DNA of 64,000 nt from positions 310,001 to 374,000 of the forward strand of contig JAQGDQ010000182.1 of NCBI GenBank assembly GCA_030141605.1, read 5' to 3'. A model generated the notes under the pieces. It did no database searches, was not told where the DNA came from, and was given only the letters and a program-made list of their open reading frames with translations. A program made the translations under genes and the position numbers. Below are positions 40,136-53,882 of the stretch, one piece after another; the stretch's first letter is position 1; every line of letters begins with the position of its first letter. This DNA comes from Tubiluchus corallicola (Eukaryota; Animalia; Priapulida).

Positions 40136-41036
40136 CTAGCAATTCAGCTTTCTTAGCAGGGTTAATAAACATGTGCGAAAATGTATAATGTACAATCAAA
40201 TTTTGAAACCAAACGTGAGTAGAAGGAAGGAACGTTCCCTTCAAGTTCTCAGTTTAGAGTTACCATACTTTTTTGTATTTCCTTTCGGTTGGCCAGAATT
40301 AATGTTAAGGAAAGGGGGATTATAATTCAGCTTTAAATGTTTTAATCTGTTCGCCCTATGTACTACTTGTTTCCTGTCTGCTCCTTTGTGTGGTACTGCT
40401 CTTTGAGAAAAATACATGAACAAAAGTCCGTATGGAGATCTTCGACCAGTTTCATGGAATACACTAATAACTCGATGATTAATGTCTTTGCACGGTGAGC
40501 TGAAACTAAAAAGTATCCCTGTTAAGACGAATCATGTGCAAAAAATGTCGACAGCCACCTTACGTTTAGTTTAATAGCTGTTCTCCAATGTGCAATGTCT
40601 CAAAAACATACTCCAATTTCAACAAAATTATTTTATATTTGTAATATGTGTGCTATCATTTCCCAAATAAAATATACATTAGGAGAATGCCTAGCAACTC
40701 AGCTTTCTTAACTGGGTTAATAAACATGTGCAAAAATGTACACTGTACAATCAAATTTTGAAACCAAATGCGAGCAGAAGAAAGGAACATTCCCTTCATG
40801 TTCTGAGTCTAGAGTTACCATGATTTTTTCCTATTTCCTTTTGGTTGGACAGAATTAATGTTACGGGAAGGGGTATATATTTCAGTATTTAACCTTTATA
40901 TGTTTTTTTTCTGGTCGCCCTATGTGCAACTTGTTTCCTGTCTGCTCCTTTGTGAGGTACTGTTTTTTTTTGGAGAAATACATGAGCAAAATCCCATGTG
41001 GTGATCTTCGACCAGTTTCTTGGAATAAACTGATAA
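40136..41036. repeat. Diverged direct duplication of ~340 bp (offset 555 bp)
   Basis: 40136-40470 and 40691-41036 align throughout (e.g. tgtacaatcaaattttgaaaccaaa; acttgtttcctgtctgctcctttgtg; gatcttcgaccagtttc). Confidence 0.9.
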
Positions 41037-42416
41037 ATGACACTACTAAACATTTCAATGTGATCAGACCTTATGATCCCTTTTATGTATTTATGGTAAA
41101 CTTTAAGACAGTTGTTATTACTCAATTGCTATATTATTTGTTGTGTCACATCTGCTAACTTTGTATCTATATGCCTTTGTTTTTATATGTATGTGTATGT
41201 ATATACATCTATTTGGGTTTGTTTGTATTTATACATGTATTCCTTATTTTTCTGCACTTTTCCTTGTGTATACATGATGAGGATTCATGTATCAGTTCTA
41301 ATACTGTTTAATCTGAACCAAATAAACTATGTCCAAACTATACTAAATTTTGGCTGTTACTCTCTTTTTTCACAGTCTGCTTCAGCATTTAACTGTCTTT
41401 TGGTTGTACAACTAAAATGATTGTCTGGGTTATGATCATCCTAATCTGAGTTAATCCTGCTATTGAACAAACAGCTGTACACCACCTCCAGTCACTGTGG
41501 AGCGCTCCTGTCTAAACATTTAAGGCGGCATAGTAGACTCATTAGGTAATCCAATGCAACACATTACACAAGCGAGTAAACTGGACAGTGGTCAAGCTGG
41601 GAATTAACCGAGGAGGTCAATCGAGGACATGGCTCTGCTTTCCAGGCTTCGTCACTTGATCATAGTGTATATGGATTCCAGAAAAAGTTCAAAATAATCA
41701 GTAAGTACTCAAGTCACCTTTTACACTTAACATAAGATTTCATGCAACATATGGTGTAGAAAGAGTTCAAGAAATGTTGAAAAACCCTGCAAATGTTGTA
41801 TCCAAGAAGTTATACGTACTAAAGTAAATACTAAATAGAGGGTGTTCCAAAAAAAATCAAAATATTTACCCAGTTGAATTCATTGGGTGTGAGTCACGCA
41901 CAACAGCTTTATAATGAACATTTTTACTACCAAATTTCCAGACTTACTTGAAGCTATGAGTACTTGCAATTACAGGTAGCAAACATTTCCAACTTTAACT
42001 AAATCGAATAATCCATCAGAGTGATCTTACATTCATATATTTACACAGCATAAATCTTGTTATTTTAGCAGCCGTGATTAATGCAAGCCATACTTCTAAG
42101 CTGCCCGGACTACAGTACGAAAGTGATATGACGCAGCTAGGAAAACTTGGAGTGCAAAATACTAACATTAGCATGGCGGCCCATGCACAGGCAAGCAGGC
42201 TTCAATGAGCTACAGCATTCAGAGTTAATCGGGTACTCTGTTTGGTCCTCATTTATCTGACCTAAATTAAACAGCAGATGGAGAGGAGTGCTAACGAGTA
42301 AGGATGCTGAGGAACACGCCAGGAAAGATGCTGACAATGCTGCAGGCTGAATAATAGAAGGCTAAAATTTCATAAATGATGAAAAAACACACAATAATTT
42401 AAATACAGTGCTACAT

Positions 42417-43096
42417 TAAGGTTGCCAACACTCCTGATTTGGCCTGGCGTCTCCTGAAATTCAGCCATAGATTCGTAGTTCGGTCGGATGTTTGACAAAT
42501 TCTGAAATCAACCATCACATTGAAATTTAAGTGGAAAAAAGTGGGAATACAACTTGCATGCCATTGAAATTTGCAAAAGATTAAGTCAAAAAGCAGCTGA
42601 GTCTCTGTTAATTAAGGTAACAGTAAACTTATAAAATTGCGTAACACTAAACTTAAAATCGGTTGCATTTCTTCATCAGTTCAACCCATCTACCTTTTTC
42701 ACAAATTTTTGCTGCAGTGACAAATGTTGCAAAGCAAGTATTCTTCTGCTTTAGCTTTAATTCACATAACAATTAATATTTTGATTGCTAAACCGATCCC
42801 AGAACTCTCTGAAAACGCGAGAAATGTGAATGGAAAGAAACTCCAAAAATTGATGTGCACTACTTGCACTTTTGTAAGTTTTAGATTTAAGGGCTTTTTT
42901 GAGGTCTAAAATCAAGAATATGTACTACTTTCTAGTTTGAATTTCTTGATTTTTGTTTCTGAAAAATAACTCACAAAACATCTAAAATAAAAGAAATGCT
43001 TGGTTTTTGGGGTTCCGCCCAGACACCCACTGGGGGAGCTTAAAGGCCTTCTGCCTAGTTCTTCATTCCTGGGTTTATGACAGTGAGGCAACCCTA
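42417..43096. mobile_element. Non-autonomous hAT-type MITE (~680 bp)
   Basis: TIRs TAAGGTTGCCA ... AGGCAACCCTA (TAGGGTTGCCA type). Flanking 8-mers tgctacat / ttctacat match at 7/8 (TSD). An internal GC-rich motif ggggttccgcccagacacccactgggggagctta is typical of such MITEs. Confidence 0.75.
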
Positions 43097-44862
43097 TTCT
43101 ACATAGAAGTTAAACATGCCATTGATCAGGGAATCCAATCTTCATTCATAATCAATAAGTGAATTACTTTAACAAATAAACAAATAACCCTGTACAAATC
43201 TGCTTTGCTTTAGCTGTCTATGGTGGTTCGCAGTGCTTAAATGCATATACACAAGCTATTACTTTATAGTAATTTTTAATAGGTGGCGATGCAGCTACTG
43301 AAACACTTTGGTATATGACACAAAAAATATCATATGACACTAGTGGAATATAATAAAACAAAAACAAAACTTACTTACAATTCTTATTTAACAGACAACA
43401 ACAATGGCGGAGACATCCCAAAAAAAGTTCAAAATTTAACAACTACCATATATAGGGTGTACCCTGCCATCAGCAGAGGCAGTCTCAAACTCCAACCGCA
43501 GGCCCAGGAATGCAATCATTAAGCATGTCTATAATCTGTGGCTAGAACCAAGACAAGAACAATGAAGTTATAATAAACAGTTACCTTTTAACTTTAAACT
43601 GGCATTATTCTTCAAAATTAAACTTAACTAGTACTAGTTTCTAAATATGCAATACAGGTTATATACAAATTGGATTTTAGAAAGAAATGTAAGTTGGATT
43701 ATTTATCTAACTAATGAGTTAATGTAGCAGTGAAACAATTTAAATTATGAGTAACAATAGACCTTTGTTACAATTCTTTGCGAGGAACACACAGATAACA
43801 AATGTATCATTAGTGCGGATTATCTAATTAATGAAATTCATAGGGTAGCAGGATTAATGCTAAAACAACATGTTTATATGATCAACAATTTAAAAGAATA
43901 ATTAAACAAAGAGATTTTTAAAAAAATGCAGTTTTGTTTAAGTTCTAATGATTTTGGCATGATTTTGACCATGACAAGATAAGAAAAATGACAGTTCGGA
44001 ACAAATGTCTTTAAATGTGCTCCTCTTTTGTTGATTAAAATTTGAGAAAATGTAAAATGCACATGTAAACTATCTAAAATGCTAGATGCACATTAGGAAA
44101 ACAGACATACTAAAATCGCAAAAATAGATAGAGTAATGGCTGCATACAGCTACCAGCCTACTGATGTATCAACCTCTAATCAAATGAGTAAGACGTGAAT
44201 CATCCTCAAAACCATTAAATTTGTTCTGCTGTAATCTCAAAAAACCATAAAGTACGATCGAATAAACACGAGTCAGAGGAAATTTTCATGCATTTTTCAT
44301 GGCATATGAAAAACAAAAGCAAATTAAGTTACTGTTTCACATGCACTATATTCCAAAATGAAACTTAAAGAGCTTATCACAGGTTCGGTTGCCCTACAGT
44401 TCATATGAATATCCATTTTATACTAGTTAATTTACCACAATAGTTTACTCAGCTAAAAGATCTCTATAATGGAGGTAAAGAGACCTATCTATATTTACAT
44501 GCATATCAAATTCATATGAACAAAAGTTAATTGTTATTTTGCTATTACCTAATATAGAATCTATTCTGTATACAAAATGCTTCAGTTCTGAGGATATTCA
44601 TGCCCACAACACACAATCAACATCCTTTGTAGAAACTATTTACAGAATTCACCAATTACTCTAAAAGAAATTTTATTCTTTCCTATAAGACTCCCAAAAA
44701 TGAAATTTACACAGCAAAGGCTATTCTTCAAATTAAAAAGGCCAACTGATAAAGTAATGTTAAAAAGCAAAATGTATGTCTTTTCCAGACAAGACTTTGT
44801 GGAACTGGAAGCTTTCCAAAACTGTTATCATGCTGCACATTACAGTTTCGTTGTTGTAGGCT

Positions 44863-44887
44863 ATATATATATATATATATATATATA
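44863..44887. repeat. (TA)n microsatellite
   Basis: ~12 TA units. Confidence 0.95.
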
Positions 44888-47800
44888 GTGAATCATTTTT
44901 AGCGTAATTTATGACAGTGGTTAATTAACAAAAGCTGCCAGGAAAAAGACAATGTTTTTATTTTGCTACATAATAATGGTACTTACCACACTAGTTGCTG
45001 CTAGCAAAGCTGTAATTGCATAGCATAGGCGAGCATGTTATCAAAATCACTTCAGTTTTTTGTTCCTGAAAACGTCAAGAAATAACTGATTTAAGTTGCA
45101 GTTAAAGAAATACCGCCCAAAAACCTAGTTTATAGCTTCAAAGCAAACCAATAACTATGTGTGAATAGTACTTCCACATAGATAAATACTTCCACAATTT
45201 ACGTAAATCCTTTCGTATGAAATGAAAACACATACATGGCATAACATTAATAAATTCAGTTTAAATATAGGATAAAAAGATTTATGGTAAACAGCAAAAA
45301 TAGATCAACACGAGATTTAGCGTATAGTCAGTGCACCATGTATGGTCATGCTTTAACAGAACTTTTAAAGATTATTTAGCTTTTGTCTTTATAGGTAATT
45401 TTCCATTATTGGGGGAATAAAGCCTAGTAAGAAGAAACATGATTTTAAATTAACAAGATTTCATCATTATTATCAAACTTTAGGATGTATTACTGATAAT
45501 TCATATCTTCATTATCAAAAATTTACATCTTCAAAAACACACATATATCCACACACATATATAGGCACAATGTCTCACCACCTTTATAGCACTGTACCTG
45601 CACTAATTTACACTTTATCAACACCCAACGCTTACACAACGAGCAGGCAGGTTAATTAAGCACTGGTCAAAGTTTAACCATCTTGTTTGCAAAGTTTGTC
45701 AACACTCATTGCCGCAGCTGTCTAAATTACGATTACCAACCCATATAGCATATGATCTATGATGGTACATGAACCAATCAAATCATAAGCCTTATCAGCA
45801 CGTAATCCCGATTAATGACAACGTTTCACTTATGTTAGTTACCTGTTCGGCTATATAACCCAGCCATAAACAAGCATAAATAATGATAGGCATAAAGTCA
45901 TAAAGTTGTCTAAAGAATGCTGTTCAACTTTATCTACAACACTTAAATGTACTTGTGTAATATAACCACGTATCATTAGTACGATCACTAGTTTACATAC
46001 ATTACATATAAAGAGTCATCGGTGTTGCCCTAGGTTACCTGTGTCCTGTGATTTCATACAACTGGAAACCAGTTAAGCATAACTATAAGATGAATACTGC
46101 AAAAGAATTTGATGCAGTTGCTTGATATTAATTAGTACAGTAATATCTTCGAATCTCCGCAGTATGTTTCAAATGTTCGAAACTACAGACAAAAAAGTAC
46201 TCAAAAAGAGTAGTGTCTAGCAATGTAGCGGATACACACAAAACACGGTGCCCATGTTGTTGTAGCTATCCCAAGAAAATACATATAGTAAAACTACGGC
46301 AAATTTCAGAGAATCAAAACTACAACATATAATAGCTTTAAAAATTGATTAGGCTCTTGCAAGTATATTTTGTCCTTAAGTTAATTCTTCCCATGCATTT
46401 CATGCACAATATAAGACCTATGCAGCCTTGGTTGTCATTACTCCACTAGCTAAAAAACATCATGAAGAAGCACAGAGGAAATGACATTTCGGCAATATCC
46501 ACCCACAAGAGCTCACAAAATTTGTTGTTAAAGAACTATTTTTATTAACTTGTTTTTTCTCTAACTTGACATTTCACAGTTTGATTTTCATAGGTATAGT
46601 TAATTTGTACATTTTTACATGTTATTATTGCTATTAGACATTCATGCGATATAGTCAGGATCGTCAATGTGCTTTTTTTAACCTGTTAATTTTCATATTT
46701 TAAACTTTGTCCTATAATTTTGTTACTGAAAGAGCATGTACATCAATAATTTTGTTACTGAAATGAATAGAGCATCTTGGAGTTACAAAAAATAATTATT
46801 AATTAATATTAAAAATTAAGAACTATTAACATTAATATTGTGAAGCCAAATTTGCATAAGCAAATTACATAACAAACACTATAAAAATATAGTTATAACA
46901 TACAAATTTTTCTAAAAAATTGTAGACATGTCAGAATGTGTCATTACTATCAAATCATTTAAACACCATGTAGGTGCGATACACGGATACCAGAAACTAA
47001 GACTATTTATGTTATTACTTGTTTATACCTTAAATACTGTGAAATATTATTCCAGTTTATGAAGCTTCTGGATAATGACACACGGACATTATAATATATT
47101 TATTTTGTTTACAATTTATTTCAGACATAATAAGGCATCACAATATTAAAAAAAAACATTTGTATGCTTGGTGATTTTGAAATAAAATGTGGGCTGCGCT
47201 TCAGGGACCAATTAAATACAGATGATCACATAAAATGCCTTAATTTGAATCATAAATTAATTTGAAAAACTTAAACGTCGTTATTTATGACTAATTAACT
47301 ATTTTTTTAAAGAATCAGTAGAGTTAGCTAAATCTCTTAGTGATTAAAAATTAATTCAACTGCTGATCATGCTGTGGAAACATATTATTGAGCAAACTTG
47401 TATGTTAATAAATTTTGAATGTTGACAACCTTACTATTTAGACTAAGCAAATAAAAATATGAAAACCAGAAAATACGAAAACCAGAACAGATTTTTGGAT
47501 CACAGCTCAGGTAAACCCATGGGCTTTAGAAAACATATATTTTACTATCCACAACAATCATTGTCAAAAAGTTTGCATGAATTTCGGTATTAATTTACAA
47601 ACTTAACACTAACTGCAAAATAACATGGCTAAAGCACGATTTCACAAGGCTTAGTTGATGTTAAGGTTTGGTTATGCAGTATTCACTAGAACTGCAAAAT
47701 TAAAAAAATATAATGAATAAATATTTTCCAGAACTGATAATAAGTAGCTTTGCACTAGTACTGGTAAAGTAAAAAGTGTGCAAAACCAGCATTAATCAAG

Positions 47801-49339
47801 TAATGCATGTTTTTTGGTTTCTTGATTTCTGACCTGAACTATGAAATAAAAGGTCTGCTATTTATTGCAGTCTAAGCTTACTATAAAAGTCAATTCTTTA
47901 AATATCATTAAATTTTTCTATTAAGTGTTCAATACCAATGTTGCAGCTTCATGTACGTAACAGCTCTGTTAGGATGTGATCATACAATGTCATTGAGTTA
48001 GCTTCCTTTTGCACCAATACATGTTGCTGGGTATTAAGTTCGCTCTCATTCTCCAACTTTTCATTTTATTTGCAAAATAAGCTGATTAATGAGCATAAAA
48101 GGTAATTAGCTTTGAAGTGGTGATCTCAGCTTTGCTGTCATACACACTAATCACATTTTCACAATGTTGAAGATATTTATTTAACTTTTAAGTGTAAAAT
48201 GTAATCCAGTATTACTAAGTAAGAGATTTAATTAAATCCACCAGAAATTTTGCGAAACTTAACACGTTTTGTCAACTGTTTTCAAGTAACAGTACTTAGT
48301 ACTAAGACCTAAATGTAATTTTAAAATCTAATATTTTAAATCTTTTGAAGTAGTACTAGTAGTGTAATAACTGTACATACTAACACAGCGTGGTTACTAC
48401 TTCAATAAACATGCTAATAAAAATAATAAGATAATTCGTGTAATTACTACATGTATATGTGAGTCCACCTATAAAATGGCTAAAGAACTCACTCGCAACA
48501 AATACTAGTTATATTACATAAAATTAAGGCTATTTTTAAACAGTTGTAGGATTTTACCCCAGTAACACTGCTGAACGTCTAAAATAAAAAAGGTCCAAGA
48601 AGAAAACACAAACTACGACAAACCTTTCCAAACAATACCCATGTGCTTGCCTCGCTCGACTGCTCCATAGCGTCACACCACTATAAAATAACCAAGGGAA
48701 GAAACTGTAGTGTATGGCCAAGGTCTTTGGCGTTAATGGATAAACGTCGCTTATGGTAATCCTGATTCGTTAACAATATTCTCTTTTATAAATATTAAAC
48801 TCTTATAATGCCAATAAATCAGCTAACATTAAATTTTAATAGATAAGGAAAAGAAAACAAACACTTGAGTTTTTATATAAAAAAAGTTCAATTATTATTT
48901 TTAACAGTTTCCGCAAATTGTACAGTCGGTCAGTCACTTCCAAAAATAATACAAGGTGTAACACAAACTTTTGTTAGGGATACAAACACAGCGAGAAGTA
49001 GTAGAGTATGGAGCAATACTTTATTGCGTCAAAGCATTCCTCAATCAACAGAGAATCTATAAAGTTCTCAATATTTTATATGGAGCCTTGAGCTATCTCA
49101 CACAGTCTGCAATGTTGAAGGTATGATGGGAGAGTGCGACAGAGACCCGAAAAGATCAGAGTTAAACTCAAGATCCTCCAACACATCTTACATATGTCTC
49201 GCAAGCTTCTCTTCAGTATACCAGATAATGTTCTTGGATCACGTTAGCAATTATTTAGCAACCACTCTTTACTTTCAGGGTACAGCTTGGACTAGTTTGA
49301 CGGAATTGAGGTCTGGTAAATTTTCATGCAATTCAGATC

Positions 49340-49990
49340 AATCGACAAAAACTATTATCACGGGTGTCAACTAGTTATTGGGGTATGCTAATAGAAACTG
49401 GTGTGTGGCCGATTAAACAGAGAATAGATTATAAGAGACTGATGTTTTTACATAATCTAGTAAATTCGAGTGAGTCCAGACATGTGCGAAAGGTAATGGA
49501 AAGTATGTGGAGCAAAGAAATAAAAGGAAGTCGTACAGAAGAAGCTAAAAGTCCAAGTGAGAAATATGATATTGGTATACAGTTTGGGCAATATACAGAC
49601 TCTTAAAAAGTCAGCCTGGAAGACACACGTAAGAGAAAACATAAGGAAATTCATTAAAGTTACTGCACATCGCCAGATATACTCAAAAACTGAGTTAAGG
49701 TTCTTAACCTATGAGCATGATATACCCAAGCAGTATATAACTGAGTTAACACCAGAACAGACAAAAAATCTTTTAGAGATAAATCTTAATATGCTACTAC
49801 CAAAATGTAATTATGGGAGTAAGTTTAAAAGAGATCTATGGTGCCCTCTATGTGGCAAAGAAAAAGATACGACAGAGCATCTATTCAAATGTATGGTGAA
49901 AAGAAATGTGCTACCACCTACAGAATTAAATTTCCATGAACGGTTTATAAGCATCAACGTTGATTACATTACTTGTGTCTTGACAGTGAC
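49340..49990 (+). mobile_element. Degenerate non-LTR retrotransposon 3' fragment (post-RT region with CCHC zinc knuckle; Proto2/RTE-X-like)
   Basis: Two frameshifted ORFs: STSYWGMLIETGVWPIKQRIDYKRLMFLHNL, then NLNMLLPKCNYGSKF...WCPLCGKEKDTTEHLFKC (C-x2-C-x8-H-x3-C). The clade assignment is tentative. Confidence 0.75.
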
Positions 49991-52900
49991 ATTCATTTGG
50001 GCCTATCTAATCAGATAGAGTGGGCACCAAGGAAACAGCAATAAAAAATTACACCAGAGCTTCAAATCTCTGGCCTAATCATAATTATACTCATCAAATT
50101 TGCTGGCTGTGTGAGATGGGCAGAATTTCAACATTAAATATTGAAGGCATGTTGGATTCTGTATTAATTCAGTGATACTTTGATGCTACAAATTGCTCTG
50201 TACATATAACTTATGGTTTTTGTACCAATATAGCAAAAGATAATGTTATGTCCTGTAATTGGAATGTGGAAGAAAAGTGACAAACGATTGTTCACTAAAA
50301 TATACATTATATATGCCAGCACTTTTAATATTACTGCAATTTGTTTGTAAATGTCTTCAGTATAATATAATTGATGATATGACTAAAACTTGTAGATAGT
50401 AAACTGTAATAATTCACAATTTTTTTAAGCTTGAGGCTGTTAGAACTCTCTCTATTAGTACTATCTAAAGAACTACAAGTACTTTTTCAATTATTGCTGT
50501 CTAAGCAAATGTCATTGCCTAGCTTTGATAGTGTTGTATGATATATTTGAGCTGGCAAGCTGGTTGATTGATCCTGTTATGTTTTAAAGATGCTTCAAAT
50601 ATAACGTCTGCAAAAATGAAGAGCTTTCCATATAAACTTACCAATGTGAAAAAAATGTTACCATTCAGTTCATTAATTTAATCCAAAAATATGTACTGTA
50701 TTAAAAACAGCTTACTACAAATGTATATCTTAAAATTTAGTATGTATCGTTTGGTTTAAATAGCTTCAAAGACCTGCTTACCCATCTTTTGCTCCTCACT
50801 TTACAAAAACAAGAATACAAGGTTAAATTTTAACTTACTTTAATCCATATTATTACCTCAAACATATCAACATCATACAGCATTAATTATTACAAAAACT
50901 TACAAGTTATAATATCCTGCCCGAGTGCCATCTTAACAATATTACTTCATTAACATAGGTCGCTTTAGTAAACGTTTATTTTTCTCATAACGATTCCGCA
51001 ACAAGCTGCAATGCTAAACAAAAATGAGCGACAGAGAAACAAAAGTGCGACCAAACTCAACTCATTCACACAACAAGAACAATGACAGCCAGTGCACTCT
51101 ATTACAAACAATGGCAAATTAGCAAATCACCTATTTACAATAATTATTAGCTAAAAAATTCTAAGGGTACTGCTGCTGCCACCTAGCAGAGACAGGAGGA
51201 ACAATAGTCTTTGAATGCATAAAGGCAACATATTATGACAATCTGACGACTGAAACATTATCAAACAAAACAGAATTTTCATTTTTTTCCATTAACAATG
51301 ACATATGGATGAGTAATAGTAGTACTGCCTACTGTAGATATGTTACTGCAATTAAATGCGCTAAACATAAATAAAAATAATTGCAAGTCAACTATTTTAT
51401 GTGAACAAAATAAACTGTAAACCATGGTGAACTTTGTTGCATGTCACATTTCTAACCTTTTTACACAAATAACATTGTAGTTCACCTAATTCGATAATTC
51501 GAGCATGAGATTTAAAAACACTACGTAAAAATTAACGTTGCACACTTGCAAGACAAATTGTGTATATTATACGTATAAACTGCTGAATCTTTTAAAAACG
51601 AGTGTCTTTGACAAGATATAAAAATTTAATGGAGAGAGAAATGTTAGTCTAATTTATATGACTTTGCAAGCAATTATGAGGACTTTAAACAACTCTGTTA
51701 TGTTCCAAATTTCTCACAACTTCATATACAAGGAATTGTTTTACGCAGAAAATGAAAAAGTACTCAAGGTCTCAGAATCTGTCAAACCATGTACCTTTTG
51801 AAAGAGAAAGGAAAATGTTGAAATGTCTAAATATGGACAGAACTTAAAGCAAATTTGAACTTGGATAGATCGCTTACAACAGTTTTTCAGGTAACATTTC
51901 TATGCTTTTCTGCATGAAAACAATTTTTGCTTAATATAGTCAACATGTCAAAATGTTCCCTTGTCTTTCTGGATGACACATTTTCCTTATTTAAAACGTG
52001 AACCTAAATTCAAAATCTTAACTAAGAAAGTCCACTTTTTTTGATAAAATTTCACATTTAACCTTCAAGAACCTTGACAAGTTTTGTCTTAAAATTAACT
52101 GAATTTAATGTCAATATGTGCTTAACTTGTCTGAAAAACAATACAATCTTAAAGCATGTGGCAAATATATTTAATACGTGGGCTCTCTTTTGGTTTTTGC
52201 ACAGTGCTTCAAAGCTCAAATTATCTCGCTAACATGAACATAACAGTACACGTGCAGAAGAATAATCAGGAGGCACAACACAAATTTCCAGATTTGAATA
52301 TGACAATCACAAAATTAGATCTCACAACAGATTCACGTTAGGTACTTAGCAGTAAGCAGAGACTGACCTCGGCAACTGTTTCAGTAATTCACAGACCACA
52401 GTACCAAAAGACTGATCCATACAGAGAACAGTTGCGACCATTTTTATTCCTTCTAAGGTTGTACTGAGTGCAAAGAAAATGATTACTAGTAAAGACAATG
52501 AACAGAATAAAACCAATCAATATAATGACTGCAAGTTTAATTTTTCTCTTGTAGTATTACTAGTTTGAAAACAAAAACTCTTGATCAGCCTAATGAATGT
52601 AAACAATGGTACTCAGTGCACCTTGTCGAGTTAAGAAATTAAAAAAAAGATAAAAAACAACAAATTCCAGAAAACATGGAGAGCAAGGCCAGTGCTTTTC
52701 GTAGTCTTAACACAAATGTCCTGGTCCTAGTAAACAAGCACAAGTATAATTGACACTTTTTGTAATGAAAATGCAAGAATCCTGGTTCTAGTGACTGTGA
52801 ACAACTGTAGCCAATGTGCTATAATGCATCTATCTTTTCTTTGTGGTACTCAGCATAAGAATTAGTGACTGCTATGAGAAGTAACTATCCCAGTAAAATA

Positions 52901-53182
52901 CAAAAACATTTTTCCCACAAGTCTCTGCTACATAAATGCAACCATCCCTAAATATTTATACTAATAAATGATAACCCAGTAATTCATCGAACAAGCTAGC
53001 AGCAAGAAGTCTGTACCGTCATATTTCCATATTAGTACATGTACCCAATTTATAACTGCTACCTGCAGCAGCGTTACCAGTTGTCTATGATAATGCAATG
53101 ATACACAGGTGATCTAAACAAAGACCTGAAAATATAAAAACAATGAAAGTAACTCACAATGAAGCACGTATGAAAAGTGTGG

Positions 53183-53188
53183 TTTATT
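53183..53188 (-). terminator. Candidate WAC polyadenylation signal AATAAA
   Basis: AATAAA on the minus strand ~620 nt past the stop, followed by a U/GU-rich tract. Alternative signals lie near 52443 and 50975. Confidence 0.45.
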
Positions 53189-53809
53189 AGTTCATATGCG
53201 ACAAAATACCATCATTATAGCGAACCTGCTAGGGGCCCAGAAAAAAGTATGCAATAACCAAGGTACTCTATAGGCAAATGCAGCTATTAATATGTATATG
53301 ATTACTAGATGGACAAGCATGTATTAATATTAAGTGTATAGATAATATACAATGTACGAGGTAAAGTACTTTTAGAAGATGCTACCAAGTATAAACAACT
53401 TTGTAGCATATTCAAATTCAATGAAAGATATTTTACGTGATCTTAATAAACTAAAAATTAATGAATGTTTCATATTGAATTGTATGTACACATTCAGTTG
53501 CAAATTTATGTGATATGTTCAGTAATCGATGAGATTTAAAAAGTTGTTCATTCTTTTTTCCTAAATCACCTTGCTCAAAGACGACACAAAATCAGAAAAG
53601 CCAACATTAAAAGTGGAAAAATAGTCTAAATGGTAGTGTAAAGAATCATTTTGCTGTTGCATCTTGCCCGCAGTTTGTGAACACGTAGGTTACCAAGACT
53701 TTTAGAGTCTAATGTATAAATGTTTAGAAGCAAATATGCAAAATGCTCAGTTAAGGTATGATTGTACATACCATGTTAACGAATCACGAGGTGCAGAACA
53801 AGAAAAAGA

Positions 53810-53882
53810 CTACGACGACATAAAAGAATTCTGGTTTCGTGATTCCTCACTATCACTGATCTGTTGCCTCAGGAATAAAATT
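53810..53882 (-). CDS. WAC: WAC last coding exon
   Basis: Translates [23 protein letters not shown], compared with human [22 protein letters not shown]. Acceptor tgtttcttag|. TAG stop at 53812-53810. Confidence 0.95.
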
